From: Nitrospiraceae bacterium
GTDB lineage: Bacteria; Nitrospirota; Nitrospiria; Nitrospirales; Nitrospiraceae
Length of the DNA: 64,000 nt
Direction of reading: 5' to 3'
Assembly (NCBI GenBank): GCA_050246315.1
Contig: JBFWWG010000001.1
Location: 96,001-160,000 of the forward strand
Shown here in pieces: positions 51,073 to 60,152 of the stretch (its first letter is position 1; every line of letters starts with the position of its first letter). The notes under the pieces were generated by a model. The model was not told where the DNA came from and searched no databases. It saw only the letters and a program-made list of their open reading frames with translations. Made by a program: the position numbers and the translations under genes.

Positions 51073-54000
51073 ATGGACCGGTTGCTCGACCTTTCGCTCC
51101 GCTATCGCTTCTTCACCGCCGTGTCGATCCTGCTCGTCATTGCCAGCGGCATCTGGTCCCTCACCCATCTCACCATCGACGCCGTACCGGATCTCACGCC
51201 GGTCCAAGTCCAGGTCCTCTCCAAAGTACCGGCACTCGGTCCGGTGGAAGTTGAACAGTTCGTGACGTTTCCCATCGAGAGTCAACTGAGCGGCCTCCCC
51301 GGACTGCGCGAACTGCGGTCGGTATCCCGCTATGGCCTGTCGGCCGTGACGGCTATCTTCGAGGACCGCACCGATATTTACCGCGCCAGGCAACTGGTGA
51401 GCGAGCGGCTGTCGCGGGCGATCGAACGCATCCCGCCCGAATACGGTCGTCCGATCCTCGGGCCGCTGACGACCGGCCTGGGCGAGGTCTACCAATTCAC
51501 GCTGAAGGGTCCTGGTTACAGCCAGATGGCCTTGCGCACGATATTGGAATGGGACATCGGCATGCGGCTGCGCGCCGTGCCAGGCGTGGTCGAGGTGAAC
51601 ATCTGGGGAGGAGAGACGCAGCAATTCCAGGTCCTGGTCGATCCTGCGAAGTTGCTGGCCTATCGACTGTCTCTCCGGCAGGTCTTCGAGGCGCTGAAAC
51701 GGAACAATGCCATTGCGGGAGGGGGGTATATCGAGCATCTACGTGAACAGGTGCTCATCCGGGGAGAGGCCTTGGCAACGAACGTCACCGACCTGGCGAA
51801 GATCGTGGTGGACCATGGGCCTGGAGGGGTGCCCATCTTTGTGAGGGATGTCGCCGAGGTGAAAGAAGCTCCGGCCCTGCGGATCGGGGCCGCGACGGCG
51901 AATGGTGAGGGCGAGGCGGTCATCGGCATGGTCCAGATGCTCGCGGGCGAGAATGCTCAACAGGTGGTGGAACGTGTGAAGGCGCGGGTCAGAACCATTC
52001 AAGACTCGCTGCCGGCCGGCGTCACCATTGATCCCTATTACGACCGGACCCTGTTCGTTTCGCAAGTCATCCGCACGGTGCGCCACAACCTGCTCGAAGG
52101 CGGTCTCCTCGTCGTCGCCGTCCTCTTTCTGTTTCTGGGAAATCTGCGGGCCGGCCTGATCGTCGCCTCGGCCATTCCGCTCTCGATGCTCCTCGCCTTT
52201 ACCGGCATGGTCCAGGCCGGCCTGTCCGGCAACCTCATGAGCCTCGGGGCGATCGATTTCGGCCTCCTAGTGGATGGATCGGTCGTCATGATCGACAACA
52301 TCCTCCGGCGCTTAGGAGAGAAGCCTCTGAAGACGGCGGAGGAGCGGATTCGCGTGATTCATGAGGCTGGTCGCGAAGTGTTGCGGCCGGTCACGTTTGC
52401 GGTGGGGATTATCATCCTGGTCTATCTGCCGATCCTGAGCCTGACGGGGATCGAAGGCAAGATGTTCCGCCCGATGGCCTGGACGGTCATCCTGGCGCTG
52501 GCTGGCTCGCTGGTGCTCGCTGTCACCGTGACGCCGGTCCTCGCCTCATGGTTTGCACGGAGCACCGGCCGTCACGAAGAGCCGAGGCTGCTGCGTCTGC
52601 TTCGTCTGATCTATGAGCCCTGTTTGGCCTGGTCGCTTGCGCGCCCTCTTCTTGTGACCGGCTTGGCCGTTGCTGTCTTCGCGGCCAGTCTCGTCGTCGG
52701 CGCCACCCTCGGGATTGAGTTCGTCCCACGGTTGGATGAAGGGGACATGGCCGTTCAAGTCTGGCGCCTGCCGAGCGTCTCGCTCACCGAATCAGTGGCC
52801 ACCTCGCTCCAGATCGAACAGGTCCTGCGTCGGTTTCCCGAAGTGGTCCAGGTCGTAACCAGAACGGGCAGCCCAGAGGTCGCCACGGACGTCATGGGCG
52901 TGGAACTGTCCGATGTCTTCGTGATCCTGAAGCCTCGACGAGAATGGACCACGGCCGCCACGCGGGAAGCTTTGATTGCGGCCATGAAGAGCACGTTGGT
53001 CGAGAACGTGCCGGGCATCGGTCTGGGCTTTACGCAGCCGATCGAAATGCGATTCAACGAGTTGATTGCCGGGACACGCTCCGATGTGGCCGTCAAGATC
53101 TTTGGCCAGGACTTAGACACCCTCCGGCAGAAAGCCGAGGCCGTGGCACGCGCGATCGAGACCGTCCGAGGGGCTCAGGACATCAAGATCGAACAAGTCG
53201 CCGGCCTCCCGCTGATGCGCGTCATCATCGACCGCGATCAGATCGCGCGATATGGCCTGACCGCCGACGACGTATTGACGCTGGTTGAAACAACACGCGT
53301 CGGCCGCGTGGTTGGAACGATTGTGCAAGGAGCGCGACGATTCGAGCTGGTCGTGCGGCTGCCGGAAAGCGCCTCCACCGGCCCCGCCCCGTTGGGGACT
53401 CTGCTCATTCCCACCGCGCATGGTGAGTTGGTTCCCCTCTCCCGAGTCGCCGTTATCCGCATGGACAGCGGACCGGCACAAATCAGCCGCGAGGCCGTGC
53501 AACGGCGCATTGTGATCGAATGTAACATCCGTGGGCGCGATCTCGGACGCTTCGTCGCCGAAGCCCAACGCGTGGTCGGGCGGACCGTCGCCTTGCCGAC
53601 CGGCTACTACATGACCTGGGGCGGGCAGTTCGAACATCTGCAAGAGGCCTCGATCAGGCTGGCTTTGGTGGTGCCGGTCACCTTGGCGCTGATCCTGGCC
53701 GTCCTCTCGGTGATCTTCGGGGCCATGAAGCCGGCGTTCCTGATTTTCTTCAATGTTCCGCTGGCGCTCTCCGGCGGTATCCTGGCCTTGGCCCTTCGGG
53801 GTCTCCCGTTCAGTGTTTCTGCCGCGATCGGCTTCATCGCCTTGTTCGGCATTGCCGTGCTCAACGGCGTCGTGTTGGTAAGTCGCATTCGCCAACTGGA
53901 GGCGGAGGGCCATCCTACGGATGAGGCCGTCCGGCAAGGGGCACAGGATCGGCTGCGCCCTGTCCTCATGACCGCCTTGGTCGCAAGTCTTGGCTTTCTC

Positions 54001-54171
54001 CCGATGGCCTTGGCCACGACCATGGGCGCGGAAGTCCAGCGCCCGCTCGCCACCGTCGTGATCGGCGGATTGGCGACCTCGACGATCCTGACACTGCTGA
54101 TCATTCCCGCCCTCTACAAGCGAACGGCAGAACGGAATCAACCGCCCAAGGCGCCATCCGCCCTGGTATGA
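51073..54171 (+). CDS. czcA: CzcA-type heavy-metal RND efflux permease
   Basis: IDAVPDLTPVQVQV, TTGLGEVYQF, NLMSLGAIDFGLLVDG, FTQPIEMRFNELIAG, RLRPVLMTA, GAEVQRPLATVV. Confidence 0.93.
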   Translation: MDRLLDLSLRYRFFTAVSILLVIASGIWSLTHLTIDAVPDLTPVQVQVLSKVPALGPVEVEQFVTFPIESQLSGLPGLRELRSVSRYGLSAVTAIFEDRTDIYRARQLVSERLSRAIERIPPEYGRPILGPLTTGLGEVYQFTLKGPGYSQMALRTILEWDIGMRLRAVPGVVEVNIWGGETQQFQVLVDPAKLLAYRLSLRQVFEALKRNNAIAGGGYIEHLREQVLIRGEALATNVTDLAKIVVDHGPGGVPIFVRDVAEVKEAPALRIGAATANGEGEAVIGMVQMLAGENAQQVVERVKARVRTIQDSLPAGVTIDPYYDRTLFVSQVIRTVRHNLLEGGLLVVAVLFLFLGNLRAGLIVASAIPLSMLLAFTGMVQAGLSGNLMSLGAIDFGLLVDGSVVMIDNILRRLGEKPLKTAEERIRVIHEAGREVLRPVTFAVGIIILVYLPILSLTGIEGKMFRPMAWTVILALAGSLVLAVTVTPVLASWFARSTGRHEEPRLLRLLRLIYEPCLAWSLARPLLVTGLAVAVFAASLVVGATLGIEFVPRLDEGDMAVQVWRLPSVSLTESVATSLQIEQVLRRFPEVVQVVTRTGSPEVATDVMGVELSDVFVILKPRREWTTAATREALIAAMKSTLVENVPGIGLGFTQPIEMRFNELIAGTRSDVAVKIFGQDLDTLRQKAEAVARAIETVRGAQDIKIEQVAGLPLMRVIIDRDQIARYGLTADDVLTLVETTRVGRVVGTIVQGARRFELVVRLPESASTGPAPLGTLLIPTAHGELVPLSRVAVIRMDSGPAQISREAVQRRIVIECNIRGRDLGRFVAEAQRVVGRTVALPTGYYMTWGGQFEHLQEASIRLALVVPVTLALILAVLSVIFGAMKPAFLIFFNVPLALSGGILALALRGLPFSVSAAIGFIALFGIAVLNGVVLVSRIRQLEAEGHPTDEAVRQGAQDRLRPVLMTALVASLGFLPMALATTMGAEVQRPLATVVIGGLATSTILTLLIIPALYKRTAERNQPPKAPSALV

Positions 54172-54215
54172 CCAGTGTGTCGTGCACTCGTCGGTCTCAC
54201 CGGCTACTGCCGACG

Positions 54216-54342
54216 TGCAAACTTTGCATCTCCTTTCCTTTCTGATCATCCCAGCCCCTTTTTGAAGTCTGATCACGCTCACGCAATGTGTTGAAAGTGC
54301 TCGCGACCATCTCGGGATGATGGCCCGGGCATGTCTGTTGCT
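54216..54342 (+). promoter_or_regulatory. Putative enhancer palindrome plus sigma-54 promoter (unit 1)
   Basis: TGCAAACTTTGCA (54216-54228); GGGCATGTCTGTTGCT with GG at 54328-54329, N10, GC at 54340-54341. Confidence 0.6.
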
Positions 54343-54404
54343 CACACTCGTTGCTGAAGATCGTCTCACGGTCACTGAGACGAAATTTTCAGGGATAGCA
54401 AGGG

Positions 54405-54551
54405 ATGAAGCCGCTCACCTGTGCCTGCTGCCATAAGGTATTGACCAGCGCACGGTGGGACAAGAAAACAGAACAATGGTATTGCGTCCAATGCGTCCCG
54501 CCGCTGCCACCGAGTGAGCCGCCAACGGCCAGATCGAGGGCAGTAAGGTAA
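54405..54551 (+). CDS. 48-aa CxxC-x17-CxxC microprotein (zinc-finger-like)
   Basis: MKPLTCACCHKVLTSARWDKKTEQWYCVQCVPP...; purine-rich AAGGG directly before the ATG; below the ORF-track cutoff. Confidence 0.6.
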   Translation: MKPLTCACCHKVLTSARWDKKTEQWYCVQCVPPLPPSEPPTARSRAVR

Positions 54552-54608
54552 GCCGGACGCAACCACCGATGGCCGGAGATCCCATAGTCCAGACTACGAA
54601 GGTACTCA

Positions 54609-54788
54609 ATGAACCTGCCTGAAGCGGCCTCGTTGGAGCCACCTGACAACCCGTGCGAACGCTGCGAGCGTCTCTCGCCTCAACTCTTTTTTGACGGAAC
54701 CAGCCGGCTCCTGCTCTGTCCGCACTGTTTGGAGCACGTGAAACAGGAACAAGCCTGGTCGCTTCTCCGTGACCCGGAAACCGCGTAA
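54609..54788 (+). CDS. 59-aa CxxC-x17-CxxC microprotein (zinc-finger-like)
   Basis: MNLPEAASLEPPDNPCERCERLSPQLFFDGTSRLLLCPHCLEHVKQ...; GAAGG RBS; stop 6 nt before the next ATG. Confidence 0.65.
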   Translation: MNLPEAASLEPPDNPCERCERLSPQLFFDGTSRLLLCPHCLEHVKQEQAWSLLRDPETA

Positions 54789-54794
54789 AGAACC

Positions 54795-55133
54795 ATGGCC
54801 GGAGTGTTTCACCCATTCTCTCAGTCCAATCCCGCCTATCGCGCGCAAATTGACGAAGAGGAGGCCAGACTCTGCCGCCTCATCAGCCGCCATCCGGGCA
54901 GTCGCTCGCTCTCCGCCTATCTGATCTTCCTGCTGGCAGCCAATGACCGTTATGCCGCCGCGATTCGCGAATGCCGGCGAATCCTGAGCCTGTATCCGAA
55001 AGACCCCGTTGCGCTTCTGTGGAAAGAATTGGTTCGGCTGAGATGGCATGAGGCCGCCAGGCGACGGCGCATCCGGCGTCCCGTTCGTCGAGGTCGGCGA
55101 TGGCAGCACGTTTCGCCCGATGCTTGTTCGTAG
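54795..55133 (+). CDS. Small TPR-like protein with Arg-rich tail
   Basis: RLISRHP..LLAANDRYAAAIRECRRILSLYPKDPVA helical repeat pattern. Confidence 0.55.
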   Translation: MAGVFHPFSQSNPAYRAQIDEEEARLCRLISRHPGSRSLSAYLIFLLAANDRYAAAIRECRRILSLYPKDPVALLWKELVRLRWHEAARRRRIRRPVRRGRRWQHVSPDACS

Positions 55134-55181
55134 CCGGAATGACGGGCCCGCGCATCTTGAACCAGAGCTGGAGCCATCGGC

Positions 55182-55329
55182 TGCAATCTTTGCAGACACT
55201 TCCGATACGCACACTCCCGCCCGGCACCCCCGCTTTCATCCCAGTGATTCACGATACCGACAAGGATCGACAACTCAACAACATAGTCCGTCATGGCTCC
55301 GCTTTCATTGGCACGGCATCGGTGTTGCT
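55182..55329 (+). promoter_or_regulatory. Putative enhancer palindrome plus sigma-54 promoter (unit 2)
   Basis: TGCAATCTTTGCA (55182-55194); CGGCATCGGTGTTGCT with GG at 55315-55316 and GC at 55327-55328; GAGGA RBS and ATG at 55359 follow. Confidence 0.65.
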
Positions 55330-55358
55330 TTACCGATGCCGGCAGTGGCGAGGACACG

Positions 55359-55868
55359 ATGCTCAGCGACTGGACTCGTATCGATCTGGCGACGAGATTG
55401 GGCGGGATGAACCGGACGCTCGACCGCCTCGTCGGAAATGAGTCGAGTCGGACGCTGCAGGAAGCCCTCGACGCAGCGATGGGACGAATCGTGCTGGGCG
55501 ATACGAACCAAGCAGCAGCCGTCCTTGAAGCGGCGGTCCAAGCCAATCCGTCCTGGCTCCGTGGATATTTGCTGCTTGCGACCATCTATGAATACGAACA
55601 CAAAGCCGATCTGGCGGCTACCTACATTGAACAGGGCCTGGCCGTCTGTGCCAGGAGTTCGTCCACGCTGCGTTTACAACGTTGGGGCGAGCGAGTCGGT
55701 TCCATTACCGGACCGCTCGCTCGGGATCGCATCATCCAAAACGCCCAGCGCCTGACACGATATGAACGCATCTTCAAACAACGTTTGGCGATGATTCAGA
55801 TCCGGCGTGGCTGTTGGGATGAGGCCTTCGCACAGTGGGAGGCCATCGAAGGAGAGCACGACGCGTAA
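55359..55868 (+). CDS. Small TPR protein
   Basis: AAAVLEAAVQANPSWLRGYLLLATIY...LAMIQIRRGCWDEA; RBS supports a start at 55359. Confidence 0.7.
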   Translation: MLSDWTRIDLATRLGGMNRTLDRLVGNESSRTLQEALDAAMGRIVLGDTNQAAAVLEAAVQANPSWLRGYLLLATIYEYEHKADLAATYIEQGLAVCARSSSTLRLQRWGERVGSITGPLARDRIIQNAQRLTRYERIFKQRLAMIQIRRGCWDEAFAQWEAIEGEHDA

Positions 55869-55931
55869 CCTCGCACTCGGAGTCGCGAACCACAACACCG
55901 TTGCACAGAGGGCGCCAGGAGACATGAGATC

Positions 55932-56129
55932 ATGACGGACAGTTCACTCGTAGCACAGGATGGCTCACCGACAGGATTCGTCGTTTGCGACCGATGCGCG
56001 CGGCGTTCCCGCGCGCTGGTCTCCGACGAGCTCAGTTCGCAGGAACTTTGTCAGGATTGCTTCACGCAGTTGACTCGCCGCCGTGCCGTCGTCAAACAGC
56101 CGGCCGCCCCCCACAGGTCATGCGGCTAA
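55932..56129 (+). CDS. 65-aa CxxC-x17-CxxC microprotein (zinc-finger-like)
   Basis: CDRCARRSRALVSDELSSQELCQDC; AGGAG upstream; paralogous to 54609-54788. Confidence 0.65.
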   Translation: MTDSSLVAQDGSPTGFVVCDRCARRSRALVSDELSSQELCQDCFTQLTRRRAVVKQPAAPHRSCG

Positions 56130-56223
56130 CGACGTGACAGGCCTCCGAGCGCATCACTCGCGGACCTTGCATGTGTACAGCCTCGTTCGGGCGTGTTAGC
56201 ATACATACAAGGTCCGACCATCG

Positions 56224-57633
56224 ATGTTTCGGCCTGCTCCGATAGCGACGTTCTTCCGCGGAATTCCCTACAGGCTCATCGCCTCTGTTGTTCTCATCCT
56301 GGCCCTTGTCGTCTCCGTGGTCTTGCTCCTCAGCTTGGAGCACGACAAACTCTTGCTTCAAGGATTCACCGACGGCCACCCTGTCGCTCGTGAAATGTTC
56401 CCCGCTTTGTGGCAGTCGCGTCGCGATTTGATCATGGTCACCGCGCTCCTGTTCCTCGTCAGCGCGATCGGGATCGCGGCGGTCATCACCTGGCTACATT
56501 ACGACAGCACGAGGCGGACTCTGGAAGAGGTGAAAGGGTTGGCCAGGAACATCCTCCAAAGCATTCCGACCGGCATCCTGACGATGAATCACGGCGGAAT
56601 CATCACCGCGGTGAATCCCACAGCCGAGGCGGTGCTGAAGCGCGCCTCGGCCGACTTGCTGGGCAATTCGTATGAAGCGGTGTTTGCGGAGGGGGAGACG
56701 ATCCGAGAGGTCCTCGATGGCGCACTCCGCCGCCATCGGCATGTGAGTCAGAAAGACCTGCCGTACGACGGCGCCGATTATCGAGATCGCACCATCCGCG
56801 TAAGCACAGCCGAACTGACGGGAGACGGCGGGGAACCGACCGGGGTCATCCTACAGGCTCAGGACGTCACAGACTGGCTCGCCTTGGAACAACGCGTGCG
56901 GGTGGCAGAGAAGCTTGCAGCCCTGCATACCCTCTCAGCGGGAGTGGCCCACGAGTTGCGGAATCCCTTGAGCGCTGTGGATTTGAATCTCCACCTATTG
57001 GAAGAAGACCTCCGGGATAGCGGGACATTGAGCGGACAGGGATCCCGGTATCTGCATGTGCTGAATGCCGAATGCCGCCGGCTGTCGGCGATTCTCGACA
57101 ACTTTATGAAGTTTGCCCGTCCAGGGTTGTTGGACTTGCATGAGGTCGACGTGACGGCGCTGATCGAGCATGTCACGACACTGATGCAATTCGAGGCGGA
57201 GGAGCGAAAGGTTCGGCTCGAACTCGATGTGGAGCAGGAAATCCCCCGCGTGATGGGAGATGAAACGGCCATCAGCCAGGTCCTGCTGAACATCGTGGTG
57301 AACGCTCTGCATGCCATGCCGAACGGCGGGCTCTGCCGCATCACCGCGGGAGCACAGGACTCGGTCGGCAAGCGCTGGGTGGCCCTCTCGGTCACGGATA
57401 CCGGAATCGGCATTACGAAACACGAGCTCTCGCGTGTGTTCGAACCGTTCTACACCACCAAGCCCGACGGCACCGGACTCGGTCTCGCGATCGCCTATCG
57501 CATTATGCAGGACCATGGCGGCACCATCCAGGTGTCCAGCGTCCCCGGAAACGGCACCACCGTCGTCATGACCTTCCCCGCGGCATCACGGCATCCCCAA
57601 CCCATTTCCCAACCCGTCCCACTCGTATCATGA
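56224..57633 (+). CDS. Membrane PAS-domain sensor histidine kinase (NtrB/AtoS-like)
   Basis: Two TMs, PAS (ILQSIPTGI..NPTAE), AGVAHELRNPL, FEPFYTTK..GTGLGL. Confidence 0.92.
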   Translation: MFRPAPIATFFRGIPYRLIASVVLILALVVSVVLLLSLEHDKLLLQGFTDGHPVAREMFPALWQSRRDLIMVTALLFLVSAIGIAAVITWLHYDSTRRTLEEVKGLARNILQSIPTGILTMNHGGIITAVNPTAEAVLKRASADLLGNSYEAVFAEGETIREVLDGALRRHRHVSQKDLPYDGADYRDRTIRVSTAELTGDGGEPTGVILQAQDVTDWLALEQRVRVAEKLAALHTLSAGVAHELRNPLSAVDLNLHLLEEDLRDSGTLSGQGSRYLHVLNAECRRLSAILDNFMKFARPGLLDLHEVDVTALIEHVTTLMQFEAEERKVRLELDVEQEIPRVMGDETAISQVLLNIVVNALHAMPNGGLCRITAGAQDSVGKRWVALSVTDTGIGITKHELSRVFEPFYTTKPDGTGLGLAIAYRIMQDHGGTIQVSSVPGNGTTVVMTFPAASRHPQPISQPVPLVS

Positions 57634-58988
57634 AGCCGGGCGCGCGCATCCTCGTCGTGGACGACGAGGTCAACATTCGTGGGGCGCTGGTGACGATGCT
57701 TGAAAGGAAGGGATACGCGGTACACGGGGTGGGAACCGCGGAAGAGGCGCTGGAGCAGTTGAATACCTCGAATGTGGAATTGGTCATCACCGATCTGAAG
57801 ATGCCCGGTATCGGAGGCATGGCATTCCTTAAACGTCTCAGAGAGCACTGGCCTCAGACAGAAGTCGTGGTGATGACTGCCTACGGATCAATCGACACGG
57901 CCGTCGAAGCGATGCGCGGGGGAGCCTACGATTATCTCACCAAACCCATCGATCGCGAACGATTTCCCGTCGTGGTCGCCAAGGCACTGGAGCGCCAAGC
58001 CCTGGCGAGCGAGAACCGGCAGCTCCGCGACCGTCTCGAAGCGAGAACCCGCTTCGACCAGATGGTGGGCGAGAGCGAGCCCATGCAACGGATCTATACG
58101 CTGGTGGAGATGGTCGCGGACAGCGATGTCACCGTCCTGCTCACCGGCGAAAGCGGAACCGGCAAGGAACTCGTCGCCCGGGCCATTCATCACAAAAGCC
58201 CAAGGGCCGACGGGCCGTTCATCACCATGAACTGTGGCGCGTTACCCGAGAGCCTCTTTGAAAGCGAGTTGTTCGGATACGAGAAAGGCGCATTCACCGG
58301 CGCCGTGACCACCAAGATGGGGCGGTTCGAACTGGCGGACGGCGGCACGTTGCTCCTGGATGAAGTGGGGGAGTTGTCCCTGAAGTCACAGGTTGATTTC
58401 CTGCGCGTCTTGGAAACCAAAGAGTTCAGGCGACTCGGTGGAACCAAACTGATCACGGTGGACACGCGCATCGTGGCCGCCACAAATCGCAATCTTGAAG
58501 AAGCCGTCAAGCAAGGTGGCTTTCGCGAGGACCTCTATTATCGTCTCAATGTGGTGCCGATCCGCCTCCCGCCGCTCCGTGACCGGGCGGACGATATCCC
58601 GTTTCTCATAGAACGATTCCTGGCGGAGTTTTCAGCCCAGCACCATCGTGTTCCAAAAGAGGTGTCACGGGAGGCGATGCGATTGCTGCGGTTCTATGCT
58701 TGGCCCGGGAACATCCGCCAGCTTCGGAACCTCATGGAGCGGTTGGTGGTCACGGTGAAAGACATCATCATCCAACCGGAACATCTGCCCGAGGAGATCC
58801 GAGTCAGCCAGGAGGACGTTCGCACCATGGTGGTGAAGCTCGGGACATCGCTGGAACAAATCGAGCGCGACGTGATCCGGCGGACCTTGGCGGAGGTGAC
58901 CAACCACCGGGAGAAGGCCGCCAAGCTCCTCGGCATCAGCTTGCGGGCCTTGCAGTACAAGATTAAGGAATACGGCATCCGAGACTAG
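57630..58988 (+). CDS. Sigma-54-dependent response regulator (NtrC family)
   Basis: REC domain, GESGTGKEL, GAFTGA, FREDLYYRLNV, WPGNIRQL, Fis-type HTH. Confidence 0.95.
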   Translation: MKPGARILVVDDEVNIRGALVTMLERKGYAVHGVGTAEEALEQLNTSNVELVITDLKMPGIGGMAFLKRLREHWPQTEVVVMTAYGSIDTAVEAMRGGAYDYLTKPIDRERFPVVVAKALERQALASENRQLRDRLEARTRFDQMVGESEPMQRIYTLVEMVADSDVTVLLTGESGTGKELVARAIHHKSPRADGPFITMNCGALPESLFESELFGYEKGAFTGAVTTKMGRFELADGGTLLLDEVGELSLKSQVDFLRVLETKEFRRLGGTKLITVDTRIVAATNRNLEEAVKQGGFREDLYYRLNVVPIRLPPLRDRADDIPFLIERFLAEFSAQHHRVPKEVSREAMRLLRFYAWPGNIRQLRNLMERLVVTVKDIIIQPEHLPEEIRVSQEDVRTMVVKLGTSLEQIERDVIRRTLAEVTNHREKAAKLLGISLRALQYKIKEYGIRD

Positions 58989-59101
58989 CCCGTTCTTCCG
59001 CCGGCCCTTCTGCCCCTCAATCGATCTTGGAGGTAAACGAGACAGGCTCGCTCGCGCAACAGGGCTTCCAGTTGCGCGCGGGACGCCGTATTTGATCCTG
59101 C

Positions 59102-59280
59102 TGCAAGAATTGCAGTCCGTCCTGTGGGCCGACTCATGAGCCCCATGCAATTCTTGCATGAATCCGATGTGGGGTCGGGGAATTCGATCAGCGGTTCCTG
59201 GCATCGGCTGCACAAGCCCTTCATTTCCTTCAGGCCAGCCCATTACAGTCGCATGTTCATTCTGCGGCATCTCCCCTGCA
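59102..59280 (+). promoter_or_regulatory. Tandem enhancer palindromes plus sigma-54 promoter (unit 3)
   Basis: TGCAAGAATTGCA (59102-59114) and TGCAATTCTTGCA (59146-59158); CGGCATCTCCCCTGCA with GG at 59266-59267 and GC at 59278-59279. Confidence 0.6.
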
Positions 59281-59310
59281 AAGACGCCATGGCGGACATC
59301 TCCGTCGGCC

Positions 59311-59601
59311 ATGACGATGAACAGGAACATAGGCTCCGCCCGGACCCAGCAAGCCGGTCCACAACAATGTGAATCCCGGATCGACCGCGTGACACGGCTT
59401 CAGAATCTGCTGAACGCCTGCCCCACGGATCTGCTGACGCGATTCGAGATGGCCGCGCTGCTTGAGGAGCTCTCCCGGTATGAAGAGGCCTTGATCCACT
59501 GGAAGGCGGTGCTGAGCTGCGACCCGAACAATCTCTCGGCGCGGGAAGGGATGGCCCGGTGCCGGCGGCTGATCGGTCATCCGTTTCAGTCGAGTTTGTA
59601 A
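59311..59601 (+). CDS. Small TPR protein
   Basis: RLQNLLNACPTDLLTRFEMAALLEELSRYEEALIHWKAVLSCDPNNLSAREGMARC; start 59311 or 59317. Confidence 0.7.
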   Translation: MTMNRNIGSARTQQAGPQQCESRIDRVTRLQNLLNACPTDLLTRFEMAALLEELSRYEEALIHWKAVLSCDPNNLSAREGMARCRRLIGHPFQSSL

Positions 59602-59880
59602 ATGGCGAAGCAGATGGACATCGTGATTACGCAGTATCCCAGTGGGACGGCAACCCTGGTCTGGGTTGATCCGACGAGCGGATCGATTGCGACGACTCAT
59701 GCCGGCTTGCAGGCCAGACTGCGCCGGGGATTGAAGGACTGGGCAGGACGGACCGTCATTCCGGAGGAAGGTCGGGCCTTCTTGTCCGCCGTCTACGATT
59801 CCCTCTTTCTGAACGGGTACCCCGTTCGGTGGGTGAAGGTCGTGTCCCTAAGGACGGTCCGGACCATCTACCGTGTGTAG
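59602..59880 (+). CDS. Hypothetical protein, 92 aa
   Basis: Abuts the TPR stop codon (TAAATG); globular-looking composition. Confidence 0.6.
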   Translation: MAKQMDIVITQYPSGTATLVWVDPTSGSIATTHAGLQARLRRGLKDWAGRTVIPEEGRAFLSAVYDSLFLNGYPVRWVKVVSLRTVRTIYRV

Positions 59881-59951
59881 CCCCAATTATTGAGGACCGC
59901 AGACGCAATGCCGGAACCGACGCATCGCCTGTCTGAATAAGGAGTCGGGTC

Positions 59952-60152
59952 TTGAAGTATCTCCGCGTCGTTTTCTTGACCCTGGTGACTGGATTCGCCT
60001 GGCCGGCCTGGCTCTCTGAAGCTGTCACTGTGTTGGACGGAGGATCGATCGTCGGCACCGTGACATTGGATGGAGCCGTGCCCAAACCGAATGGCTACAG
60101 CCTGACCACGCTTCCCGATCAGATCGACAACCCGATCGCGATTCTATGTTGA
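59952..60152 (+). pseudogene. N-terminal fragment of an exported beta-sandwich (carboxypeptidase-regulatory-like) protein
   Basis: AAGGAG RBS, signal peptide, VLDGGSIVGTVTLDGAVPKPNGYSLTTLPD, then ends abruptly overlapping hyfB. Confidence 0.5.

Noticed and set aside
3001..54375. Numerous long antisense ORFs (e.g. 6615-8099, 12454-13575, 53113-54375)
   Set aside because: Expected shadows of genuine genes in GC-rich DNA; no motifs.
58985..59224. Minus-strand 79-aa ORF with CSRC/CKNC as a fourth zinc-finger protein
   Set aside because: Spacing is x14, not x17. The CKNC arises from the TGCAA-N3-TTGCA palindrome itself, and the ORF overlaps the promoter region.
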